This document shows positions 44,081-54,427 of a stretch of DNA of 64,000 nt, in pieces. The notes under the pieces are model-generated. The model did no database searches and was not told where the DNA came from. It saw only the letters and a list, made by a program, of their open reading frames with translations. Every line of letters starts with the position of its first letter. Within the stretch, counting starts at the first letter, position 1. The DNA is from Camelus ferus (Eukaryota). A program made the translations under genes and the position numbers. The stretch spans positions 64,790,001-64,854,000 of the forward strand of contig NC_045705.1 in the NCBI RefSeq assembly GCF_009834535.1, in the 5' to 3' direction.

Positions 44081-47057
44081 ATGCTGCCCCTGCGCCTGTG
44101 CCGGCTGTGGCCCCGCAGTCCTCCCACCCGGTTCTTCGCAACTGCAGCCCGGCAGCGGTGAGTCGGGCGCCCGGGGCCGGGCCCGGTAATTAAGTGGGTT
44201 TTTGTTGAGGGCCTGCCCAATTCTAGGCCCTTCCCCAGGTGCTGAGATAGTTGTGATCTGATGCTCTGTGTCAGGTTACCGTCACCTTCGCTGCTGAGCA
44301 TCAGAGATTAAGGGGACGACCCCTAAGGTCATACAAGTTAAGTGGAAGATCTGGAATCTGAGCCCAAGCCAAACCCAATGCGCTTTCCATAATAACACTG
44401 GTGGTTGTCAAGCATCTCTGTGTATAACCACTGCGGGGGTCGGGGTGGGGGGGCGTGGCTTACAAAAATGCAGATTGCTGGGCCCTGCTATGGAGACTGA
44501 TTTGCAGGAATGAAGTGGGGCTCAGGAATCTTTTTTAAAATACGCTTTTCAGGTGGTCTTTTAAAAAATTTTTTAATTGAAGCATAGTTGATTTAGAATG
44601 TTGTGTTACTTTCAGGTGTACAGCAAAGTGATTCAGTTTCACATATATATATACTTTTCGGATCCCTTTCCATTATAGATTATTACAAGATATTGAATAT
44701 AGGTCCCTGTGCTATACAGTATATCCTTGTTGTTTATCTATTTTATATATAGTAGTGTGTATCTGTTAATCTTAAACTCCTAATTTATTCCTCCCCCTCT
44801 CAGGTGTTTCTGACACAAGTAGTCTAAAGCCTACACTTTGAGAAATTCTGATCTGCCCCATATCCAGAACACCCAAAAAGAGAGTGATAATTTAGAGATA
44901 GATCTCCCTTGGCACCCTGCCTCAGCCCCCTCAACACCTTGTTGCTGAGTTTAAGGGTGTGGCCCGGGGGGATGGGAGGGGCAGGGAAGGGGTATCCTCC
45001 GTGTTTTCCTTAGTCCCTGCAGGTTGGGACCTCTTTCCACAGCTCTGGCCCCAGTAACTACTATGAACTGTTGGGGGTGCATCCTGGTGCCAGTACTGAA
45101 GAAGTTAAACGAGCTTTCTTCTCCAAGTCCAAAGAGGTACCAATGGTACTAAGGTGAGGGTGAGGGGGAGAGTCTGAGTCAGATGGGGTATGCTCCAAAT
45201 TCTCAGGAATGGAGCTGAGAGGCTCACTCTGGCTGGTCATATTCCCTCAGCTTTTATAGGAAGAGGGAGGTACCCCAAAGGCAGAGATCTGGCCTGGTGG
45301 GAGGAAAGGCTGGGGGCAGAAGCCAGGGGTCCTGTCTGATGGGCTGGTCTTGATTCTCTTGACCTGTCTGCTCTTGAGAAAGCTAGTACTAGAGCATATA
45401 GTGAAGCCATGCAGCAGGTGGGGAGGGCTTGAATAAGGGGAGGGAGCAGGAATCTGTGTTTCCTGACTCTCTGGTCTTCTAGAGGGATGGACAGGCCTGA
45501 GAGTAAGGGTCAGTGCTCAGGCAGGGCCTCTGGGAATGACTTGAGCCCTTGTGGGTGGACATGATCAGAATGGGTCCCAGAAAAGGGCGTGGAAAAAGAC
45601 ATGATGGGAGTGCTGCCCCACCCCAGCTGCACCCTGACCGGGATCCCGGGAACCCAGCCCTGCACAACCGCTTTGTGGAGCTGAGTGAAGCATACCAAGT
45701 GCTCAGCCATGAGCAGAGCCGCCGCAGCTATGACCACCAGCTCCGCTGGGCAACTTCCCCGAAATCTCCAGGAACCACAGCTCATGCCAGGTCTGCTCAT
45801 CAAACACACAGGTACAGTAGTCCTGCTTCTAGTTTGCCACTCCCAGGCCTCCTGGGGAGCCTCTTCCCTACACTGTCCCTTCTTCTCTCTCTCAGCAGCT
45901 CCTGGACACCCCCCAATGCACAATACTGGGCCCAGTTTCATGGTGTAAGGCCTCAGGGACCAGAGTCAAGGCAGCAGCAGCACAAACACAACCAGCGGGT
46001 TCTGGGGTACTGCCTCATGATCATGCTGGCAGGCATGGTCCTGCACTACGTTGCCTTCAGGTGCATCCCTGCCTTCCCCCTGGGGTGACAGGCAGAGAGC
46101 AGGAGGGTGGGTGAAACCCAGTGTCAGCCATCCATCTACACCACCCCTGTGGCCTGCACTCTTGTGTCTCAAGCTAAGAACTGTATGAAGTAGGTCTCTT
46201 CCAGAGCCTCTTCTTACTTGGCAAAGGCAGCTCTGCACTAAGGGCTAATGTTATTTTCAGTTTTTTTGTTTTTTTAATAATTTGATTGTAAATCTCTGGT
46301 GCTGGCTGCCAGGGAGTTGCCATGAGCCAACCAAAATCCTGCACAAGAAGGAAATGCACTGAACTAAGCCTCACCAGCAACTGCCTCATTTGTTTGGCAG
46401 TCAATGTCTTCCTGCCGCTCTCTCCTGTATGCCATGCCACTGAGGTTCTACAGCAAAGACAGCTAAAGGCTGGTGCCCACTGCTAGCAATGTGCCTAGTT
46501 CAGTGATGGAGTTAGACATGCAACCCTTTCTAGTCTCTTTCGAGGACCACTCCTATGTTCAGCGCTACTGTCATCAGGACAGCAGGGAGCTAGGTCATCA
46601 TTGGACCCTGGACAAGCCCCAGCCACTGTGTGCCCCTCTCCTCACCTAGCACAGGCAGTTAGGCTGAAGTCCCCACAGATGTAAAGCTGTGAGACCCTAG
46701 AGTCGGGGAAGGGGGTGGTACTTAGGGGACAACAGGGGTTGGGGGACCCAGAGTTAATTGTAACCCCCTTGCAGGAAGCTGGAGCAGATGCACCGTAGCT
46801 TCATGGATGAAAAGGATCGAATCATCACAGCCATCTACAATGACGCTCGTGCCAGGGCCAGGTCTGTCCCAGCCCTATCCCACCCTCCCTTCACTGACAC
46901 CACCCTCCAGGATCCCTGTCCCGACCACCCAGGTGCTCTCCCCTGCAGGGCCAACAGAGCCAGGCTCCAGCAGGAGCAACAGCAGAGACAGCAGCTACAG
47001 CCACCACCCGGGCCTCCTCAAGGCCCCAGGATCGTGCCCTCCGGCCCTAGCCCCTGA
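44081..47057 (+). CDS. DNAJC4: DnaJ homolog subfamily C member 4 (J-domain, C-terminal hydrophobic segment), 6 coding exons, 237-238 aa
   Basis: Exons 44081-44157, 45043-45136, 45627-45811, 45899(or 45896)-46060, 46775-46861, 46949-47057; total 714 nt. Strong Kozak GCCGCCATG; Arg-rich N-terminus MLPLRLCRLWPRS; J-domain NYYELLGVHPGASTEEVKRAF...LHPD; hydrophobic VLGYCLMIMLAGMVLHYVAF. Confidence 0.96.
44398..44850 (+). mobile_element. MER5A-like hAT transposon split by an antisense L1 3' end
   Basis: MER5A-like halves about 44398-44555 and 44800-44850 (AAAATGCAGATTGCTGGGCCC...; CACTTTGAGAA); L1 tail about 44556-44799; TCAGGTG repeated at 44549-44555 and 44800-44806. Confidence 0.7.
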
Positions 47058-47136
47058 GCCGCTCACCTGGATGGGGCCTGCGGTGTGCTCCCTGCTTGCT
47101 TTCCTCCTGGGATGCCCCACTCCCCAAATCGCATGG

Positions 47137-47142
47137 AATAAA
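47137..47142 (+). terminator. DNAJC4 poly(A) signal
   Basis: AATAAA 79 nt after the stop. Confidence 0.85.
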
Positions 47143-47169
47143 GTGATTCTTAGCGCTTTTGTCTGGCTC

Positions 47170-48120
47170 CCTCCTTCAGGCCCAGCGCCCCACCCCGCCC
47201 GGCCCCGCCTTGGGACAACGCCCCGCCCTCCGGGTTCTAGCAGCTGCAACCCGGGAGCCCGGCCCCCTGGGCGGTGCGTCCCCTTTCCCCTGCTGCTGCG
47301 GGAGGGGGTGTATGTGGAGGGGGCGGGACCCGCCCCCCGCCCCCGCCCCCCCCACCCGCTCCCGCCCCGCCCCCGCCCCACGGCCCGGTGGGGAGCGCGT
47401 GTCTGGGTCACATGAGCCGCCCGCCCGCCAGCCCGGGCCCGGCCCCCCGCCGCCCCCGCCGTCCCCGCCGCCCGCCACCGCCACCGGCCGCCCGCCCGCC
47501 CGGCTCCTCCGGCCGCCGCCACCGCTGTCCTGCGCTGCGCTGCCTGCGCCCAGGGCTCGGGAGGGGGCCGCGGAGGAGCCTCCCCCCGCGCCCGGCCCCC
47601 GCCCGCCTCGCCCGGGCCCGCGCCATGGGGCTCTGGCTGCCGCCGCCCCCCGCGCCGCCAGGCTAGGGCGATGCGGGCGCCCTCGGCGCGCGGCCCCCAC
47701 GGGCACCATGAGCCCCCTGCTCCGCCGCCTGCTGCTCGCCGCGCTCCTGCAGCTGGCCCCTGCCCAGGTATGTGAGTCCGCGACATCCCGCCCACGGTGC
47801 CCTCTCTCAAGGTTGGCGGAAGTGGGGAGGCGCGGAGCGGCCTCGGCCTCGGGGATCCGTGGGGTCGGGCCGTGGACTGGGGCGTCTCGGGGGCCTAGCC
47901 TGGGAATCCCCCGGGAAGCGTCTCTCTCCGCCAGCCTGCAGCCCAAGTCCGGGGCCACTCCCCCGCCCCACCCCGTCCCCTGAGTGCAGTCGGGGGCGGG
48001 ACCGCCTCGGTGCCTGCAGGTCTCACGGTGCCCCCTTCTGACCTGCGGCCTCGAGAACAAGCCCGGTCCCCAGGCTTGGAGATTTCGACGCTGCGGGCAG
48101 AGCGCGCCTAGCAGATCGTG
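47170..48120 (+). promoter_or_regulatory. VEGFB promoter/5'UTR CpG island with GC-box and G-quadruplex-prone tracts
   Basis: Very high GC and CpG density; repeated CCCCGCCC runs at about 47190-47200 and 47331-47380. Confidence 0.85.
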
Positions 48121-50490
48121 GCCAGGGCAGGTCCCAGGTGGCCAGGAGAGGACAGGTAAAGCTAGAGTGGCCCCAGGAACAGAGCAATCTGGAAAAATGT
48201 TAGAGAGGAGTGGAAGCCTCCTGATCGCAAGGGCAGAGCCCTGGAGACAGCGACAGGGCTAGCCCTTCCTGTAGTGCACCTAGGTCCAGGTCTCTTCTTT
48301 CCTACAGGCCACTGTCTCCCAGCCTGATTCCTCTGGCCACCAGAAGAAAGGTAAGAGTCACAACAATAACTTTGCACTAGCCAGCACTAGGAATGTTTGC
48401 CTTCAGCCCTGATGCCAGACTCTGTGTTCCTCATCTTGTGTAATCACAGCCCCTCTGTAAGATGCAAGCTCTTATTCTGCCCACTTCATAGAAGAGGAGA
48501 TTGAGGCAGTGGGGTTCCTGGGTTCGGGAATGAAGAAGGCAAGGAAGATAGTTTGGGAGGGCAAGAGTGGGGGCCACTGGAGGGTGGCTGTGACATGGGA
48601 ACTAGGGAGAACAGCTGCTAGAGAACAGGGGTAGGGGAATCAGGGAGCAGCTGCAGGAAACCCAGTAGGGACTTAACCCTTGCACATCTGCCCCCAGTGG
48701 TGTCATGGATAGACGTGTATGCTCGTGCCACCTGCCAGCCGCGGGAGGTGGTGGTGCCCCTGTCCATGGAGCTCATGGGCACTGTGGCCAAGCAGCTGGT
48801 GCCCAGCTGCGTGACTGTGCAGCGCTGCGGCGGTTGCTGCCCTGACGATGGCCTGGAGTGCGTGCCCACTGGGCAGCACCAAGTCCGAATGCAGGTATAG
48901 GGGAAGTGGAGTGTGCCCAGCTGGGGTGGATGCTGGTGTTCTGGGGACAGAGGGGTGGCACTAGAGCCCTGGCTGGTGGGCAGGGTGTTCTCACTCCTCC
49001 AATCCATGGAGTGACCCCTTCCATTTCCTCTCATTGTCTCTCTCCTTGTTCATCTGAGTACAGATCCTCATGATCCGGTACCCGAGCAGTCAGCTGGGGG
49101 AGATGTCCCTGGAAGAACACAGCCAATGTGAATGCAGGTGCCAGCCAGGCCCCACTTCTGAGTTCACAGAGACCAGGCTTGGGGGGATGCTGGGTGTGGT
49201 GGTACACCACAGTGGGGACCAGGTTTCCTAGAGTAGAGCTGGGTAGGCCTGGGATCTGGGGCAAGAGAGTGGGATGTTTGGCGTCCTGATCCATTTCCTC
49301 CTTGTCTCTGTCTGTCTCTTGATTTTCAGACCAAAAAAAAGAGAGAGTGCTGTGAAGCTGGACAGGTGAGTCTCTTGGGCTTTTGCTGAGGTGGGATTGG
49401 AGCCTAGGCCCAATGTCCAGAATGTAATTTGTGGGTGGGGTAGGGGGTGTACAAGTGTGTCAGGAAGTTGTGATCCCCTTCCCTCCTTCTCCTCCCACTT
49501 GTGTCCTCCTCTCCCCATTTCCTCTGCTCCCCAAGTCTGTATGCTTTGCCCCTACCCCAGCTCCCGGGAAGACTCTTCCTTCCCACCCCAGACATGTTGC
49601 TTCTCCTCCTAGGGCTTCCACTCCCCACCACCGTCCCCAGCCCCGCTCTGTTCCGGGCNNNNNNNNNNNNNNNNNNNNNNNNNNNNNNNNNNNNNNNNNN
49701 NNNNNNNNNNNNNNNNNNNNNNNNNNNNNNNNNNNNNNNNNNNNNNNNNNNNNNNNNNNNNNNNNNNNNNNNNNNNNNNNNNNNNNNNNNNNNNNNNNNN
49801 NNNNNNNNNNNNNNNNNNNNNNNNNNNNNNNNNNNNNNNNNNNNNNNNNNNNNNNNNNNNNNAGGGCGGTTGTTTGGAAAGGCGTCAAGGCCCTGTCCAG
49901 GAGCAGGTCCAGGTGAGCCTGCTGGTGGGAGAAGAGCCAGGGAATGGGAAGCTTTGAGTACACTGAACAAATATTGACCAAGTGTGTGCTGGCACTGGCA
50001 TCAGCATAAACAAGGCCGATGTTCTAATCGGGGAGTCCGACATGAGAGCACGTGTTGCCAGAAGAGGATGTCAAGTCAAGGGCTGTGTTAAGGTGCACCT
50101 GACATCATCATTGAGAGGTCAGAGATGTCCTGGAAGAGGTGACATCTGCTGAGGGTAAAAATGAGAAAGACAGCCTTCCAGTTCGCAAAGCTCTGAGCCT
50201 TCCCAGAAATCCCTGTGGCAGACGTTTGTTCTGCCTTATGGGCCCTGAGAGGCTAGAGGATGTAGGGGAACCCTTGTCCGCCCTCGTCCAAGGTGCTTCT
50301 TACCACCCCTCCCACAGCGAGGCTATGGGGTGGCATCCTGTGGGCCAGGCCAGCTGGGGCTTCCCAGGACTGGTAGGGGAGAATGGGGCTCGCAAAAGGT
50401 AACAAGGGGGTGAGTCTAGGAGCAGGGGCTGAGCTGTGCCAGCACAAACAGACTCCTTCCCTCCTTAGGTGCCGGAAGCTGCGAAGGTGA
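47708..50490 (+). CDS. VEGFB: Vascular endothelial growth factor B (exon 6 partly in an N gap; B186 and B167 isoforms)
   Basis: Exons 47708-47767 (signal peptide MSPLLRRLLLAALLQLAPAQ), 48308-48350, 48698-48894 (VVSWIDVYARATCQPREVVVP...CVTVQRCGGCCPDDGLECVP), 49064-49137, 49330-49365, exon 6A from 49613 (RASTPHHRPQPRSVPG, then N 49659-49862), and B167 terminal exon 50469-50490 (CRKLRR*). Confidence 0.97.
49659..49862. other. Assembly gap (204 N) covering the rest of VEGFB exon 6
   Basis: Run of N. Confidence 1.
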
Positions 50491-52539
50491 CACATTGCTT
50501 TTCAGACTCACAGGGGCCACTTGCCTCACAGGCCCCCTGAGAAGGGGACAAGGGCAGCCTGGTGAGAACAGTCCAGCCCCCAAGACCTCAGCCTGGGTGG
50601 AAGTTCCTCGAGGACCTGGGCCTCTCAGAGGGCTTTCCAGCCGTCCTTTGTCTTTCCGAGGATGCCATCCAACAACGTGGGCAGAGTTGAATGAGGAGAC
50701 TTGGCAGCAAGAGGGGTCATGTACAAACGTGGGAGAGAATGGATTCCTGTCTCAATTTTTAACTACCTGTGCAAGTGAGCATCTTACACTTGGCTCCTCC
50801 ATCCCCTCACTAAGAAGACCCTGTAACTCTGCAAAAACTGGGACTTGGCCTTCATTATGAGAACTGTGAACCCCAACCCTGATAAAAGAGATGGAAGGAG
50901 CTGTCCCTGCCTGTGTCACTGTTTGTCACTGTCCTGGTGACAGGCTGGCTGGTTTGGGCATGAATATCTGCTTCACACTGCTTCCTAGATGTAGAGCTTG
51001 GAAGAGATGAAGCCCAAGGCCCCACAACAGCTCACAGAGCCACAATGGTGCATCCTTCACATTCACACTGTGATGAAAGGCCCTGGGGAGTCCCTGCCCC
51101 CCTACCCATCACAAAGGTTCCTTTCTGGAAAGAGACAGCCTGTTACGGCCAGTGAGCTTAAGGTGGGACCCAGATCTGCTGAATGATCTTGGGTGTCACT
51201 GCCCCTCTTTTTCTGAGCCTCAATTCCCACGTATGCACGTGGCAGGAACAGATGGTTACTGTGATCTGGACCCTTGGGCTCCAAGAAGGTTAGTGTCCTC
51301 ACGTAATAGAAAAGAACACCCATCTACCCCTCTATTTGCAGCTTTTTGCTCCCTGTAGCTTAATTCAAAAGCCATGCACCTGCGCTGTCCCCATCTTACT
51401 CCCACTCCTCTGAAAGGGAAACACTAAAGGTCTGTGGCTGGTGGGTTTGGTTTGGGAGACAGGTCCACCTAACCCCAACCACAGCCTTCTCCACTCTCAC
51501 CTCCCTTGCACCTTGGGATTTTCCTGATCTTTATCTAATGCAGTCCAAGCTTAGTGACCAGCCTTCTGCCTGCAGAAGCCTCCAGTGCCCCCAGGGCTGA
51601 GTGGTGATGGGGTGGACTGAAGGCCAGCCTTGGGTACCCATGCTTTGCCTGCTGAAGCAGAAGACTTAGAGAAGAGGTTAACCAAAAGCAGGTACCCTAA
51701 TGGAGGGCTTCTCTGAGATGCTAGATTAGACAGTGTGGTGGTGGTCTTGCTGGGTCCAGGGCAAGAGGGGTTAAACCAGGAGAGACAATTCCTGACAGTA
51801 ATTGCTATTTTCAAGACGTTTTCTCAGCCATACTGTCACCAAAAATGCCAGTGCTCAATTAGAGTGAGACAGATGAAGGTTAGGGATGGGAGAGCTATCA
51901 CCTCCCAAGCCCAGTTACTGCTCATCATGCACAGTGCTTCAGATGGTGTTCTCGCCTAGTCCTCAATCCTGAGGTCAGTGCTGCAATTAGATTCCTTTTT
52001 AAAACTGAGAAAATAGATTCAGAAAGGCTGACCAACCTCAGGTTTACTGAGGTTGCTTAGATTTAGCTGCCTCCCTTCCTGAATGACGGTTCATTACTTC
52101 AATGGACAGATTTAAAGTGTTGGGTGCTGAGGTGCCTGAAAATAAGTCTGGTTGGGGAACTGACCCAGCCAGACTGTTAACAGTCATGACTCAGGGGTCA
52201 GTGTGGCAGGTTGAGGCAGGCCCGGATGCTCTGAAAGAGAAAAGAGAGAAAGCATTCTCTGCCAGCCAGGGCCTGGTGATGCACATTACTGCTGCAGTCT
52301 TACAAGGGCCCTGTGGGGTGGATGTTAGCAAGCCCAAGTTATAGGGCTACCAAACCCTAACAGGCCAAGGAACCTGTTCAAGGTCACACAGCCAGTCAGT
52401 GGCAAACCACGGATTCAAACCCAGGCCTCACCCTGAGGCCCAGGCTCTTTCCACAGCAACTAACTGAGGGTTATAGATAATGAAGAGGCCCAGGGGCAAC
52501 AGGAACGCTATGGGAAAGGCTGGGGGCAACACAAAATGG

Positions 52540-53083
52540 CATCTCAAGGCCCCCTCCGGGAACCTGCGCCCGCCTGACCTTAATTTCACCTCAGCCGTAA
52601 GTACCTTCGGCCCTTTCGGAAGTCACTTTCACCTAACCTTACGGACTACAGACCCACCGGACGTGACGTAGAAGTCACATGGCGGTGGGTGCGGGGGCGG
52701 AGCTAAAGAAGAAGCCGCCCTGGCGGGCGTGTGGCAGTGGGTTTCGCGTCGTCCAATGAGGGCGGGCGGCGTGGCCCGGCGGCGGCGACGATGACGCGCC
52801 TGCGCAGAGACGGCAGCACGACTGGGGTTGGCTCCGGGGGCGCGGCGAGGAGGTGAGCGGGGGCCACAGCCCGGGCTGGAGGGAGCCGGGGTGCAAAGGG
52901 GGCAAGCTGGATCAGGCGGGACAGGAGCGGGCCGGGGCTCCGAGTGTCAACGAGGGATAGGTTACGAGGAAATTGGGGGTTGCGGGTCAGAGCTGTCTAG
53001 GGATGCCGCAGGGGAAGGGTTCTCACGCCGCACGGGGCGGGGCTCCGGGAGTCGGGGCGGGACGTGGAACTGAGAGGGGTGGG
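52540..53083 (+). promoter_or_regulatory. FKBP2 promoter CpG island
   Basis: GACGTGACGT tandem ACGT cores 52660-52669, GC boxes, CCAAT 52753, TGACGC near 52792. Confidence 0.75.
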
Positions 53084-53183
53084 NNNNNNNNNNNNNNNNN
53101 NNNNNNNNNNNNNNNNNNNNNNNNNNNNNNNNNNNNNNNNNNNNNNNNNNNNNNNNNNNNNNNNNNNNNNNNNNNNNNNNNNN
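53084..53183. other. Assembly gap (100 N) hiding most FKBP2 coding sequence
   Basis: Run of N. Confidence 1.
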
Positions 53184-53691
53184 AGCTCGGTAAGAGGCCC
53201 TTCCTGAGGGGGAGTAAAGGAGTTTGGGGGTGTATCTGGGTAAGGGTGAAGGCTGGTTCAGCCTCTGCATTGATTTCCACTCAATCCATTCAACACATGC
53301 CTCTTGCAAGTCTAGCTGTGTCTAGCAATTTGGACAGGGCTCTGGTGCTACCCTCTGCCCTCTACCAGATCTTTCACAGCCCCTTCCCATCCCCATTACA
53401 CCTTATCCATTTCTGATGTTCTTGCTGGGATGGGCAGAGGCCTGGCTGTCGCAGAACACCTCTGCCTGGCCACAGCTCACTGTTTCTTTTTACATCTTTG
53501 ACAGGGTACGGAGAGCGGGGAGCTCCCCCAAAGATTCCAGGTAATTAACCCTCCTGCCCTCTGTCTCCTGCACCCACTCCACTTCCCTGTGGCCCTCGTT
53601 CTCATTCTGACCCCAATTCTCCCCTGCAGGTGGTGCAACCCTGGTGTTCGAGGTGGAGCTGCTCAAAATTGAGCGTCGTTCAGAACTGTAG
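53184..53691 (+). CDS. FKBP2: FKBP-type peptidyl-prolyl isomerase FKBP2/FKBP13 (ER lumen); only the 3' coding part is visible
   Basis: Tail of an exon at 53184-53189 ((G)AG CTC G|gtaag = EL), exon 53505-53540 (GYGERGAPPKIP), exon 53630-53691 (GGATLVFEVELLKIERRSEL*, KDEL-like RSEL). Start codon and upstream exons are lost in N gap 53084-53183. Probable non-coding exon 1 donor GAG|GTGAGC at 52852/52853. Confidence 0.95.
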
Positions 53692-54182
53692 CCAAACTGG
53701 GGAGGGGCAGCAGAGAGGCCCCCCATCAGGGACCAGACTGTTTAAAAAAAAAAAACAAAAAACTTAAAGCCCATGAAGTGAGCCTGTGTTTGTTTGTGGG
53801 CCCTAAGAGACTTAGAAACCACAGCTTCAGCCTCCTTCCATCCCTCCCTCTCCTTCCCTGGCTGCAGGGCCTTGGGGTTGAGGCTCCATGGCATGGAGGT
53901 CACGTAGGCCAAGCCGAAGATGGCGTGGTGGCCCTTATGCAAGGGGAAAAAGGAGTGTTCCTGTCTGCCAACAGCAACACCGCTCTCTCCAGCTCCCCAG
54001 CCACTTCCAGCTCCTGGTCTGGGAGCCAACACTGGGCTATCGCCATGGCTACATGGCCCTCAGGAAGGCCTGCGGTCACCTGGGGAGAAGCTGAGCTGGC
54101 AGCAGTTGTACAGTGGTGTGTCCCCCCTAAAAGAGACCAGCCAAGCCTGTTAACTGCACCAAAGGCAAAGGCGTGTCCTAGC

Positions 54183-54242
54183 TTTATTAAAGGGCCCGCG
54201 CTGCAGTCAATATAAAAACACAAAAAGTCCCATCAGTTTAAT
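54183..54242 (-). terminator. PPP1R14B poly(A) signals
   Basis: Minus-strand ATTAAA (plus TTTAAT 54237-54242) and AATAAA (plus TTTATT 54183-54188). Confidence 0.8.
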
Positions 54243-54427
54243 AATAATAAAAAACCCCAAAAGTGGAAAACCGAGGGGGCAGGGAAGAGGCCCCTGGGCC
54301 AGGGGCACGGGGAGCCCTGCTCACAGCACCAGGCCTGGCCGCAGGGCCCCCCGGTATTGCTGTTGCTACGAGGTCAGGGGGCAGCGATTGTCCTGTGGGA
54401 GCCACCGTTCATCTGGGTCGAGGACCC

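Noticed and set aside
45023-45042. Upstream AG 20 nt before the DNAJC4 J-domain exon acceptor
   Set aside because: Use would frameshift before the J-domain; the 45043 site gives the expected RSGPSNYYELLG.
46995-48060. Overlapping 271-294 aa ORFs on both strands at VEGFB
   Set aside because: CpG-island shadow ORFs: stop-poor very GC-rich DNA, Gly/Ala/Arg/Pro low complexity, mostly non-ATG starts.
49863-49916. AGGGCGG after the VEGFB gap and a CAG|GTGAGC donor at 49910
   Set aside because: Similarity to the recalled exon 6 end stops after 7 nt and the position does not fit; treated as intron.
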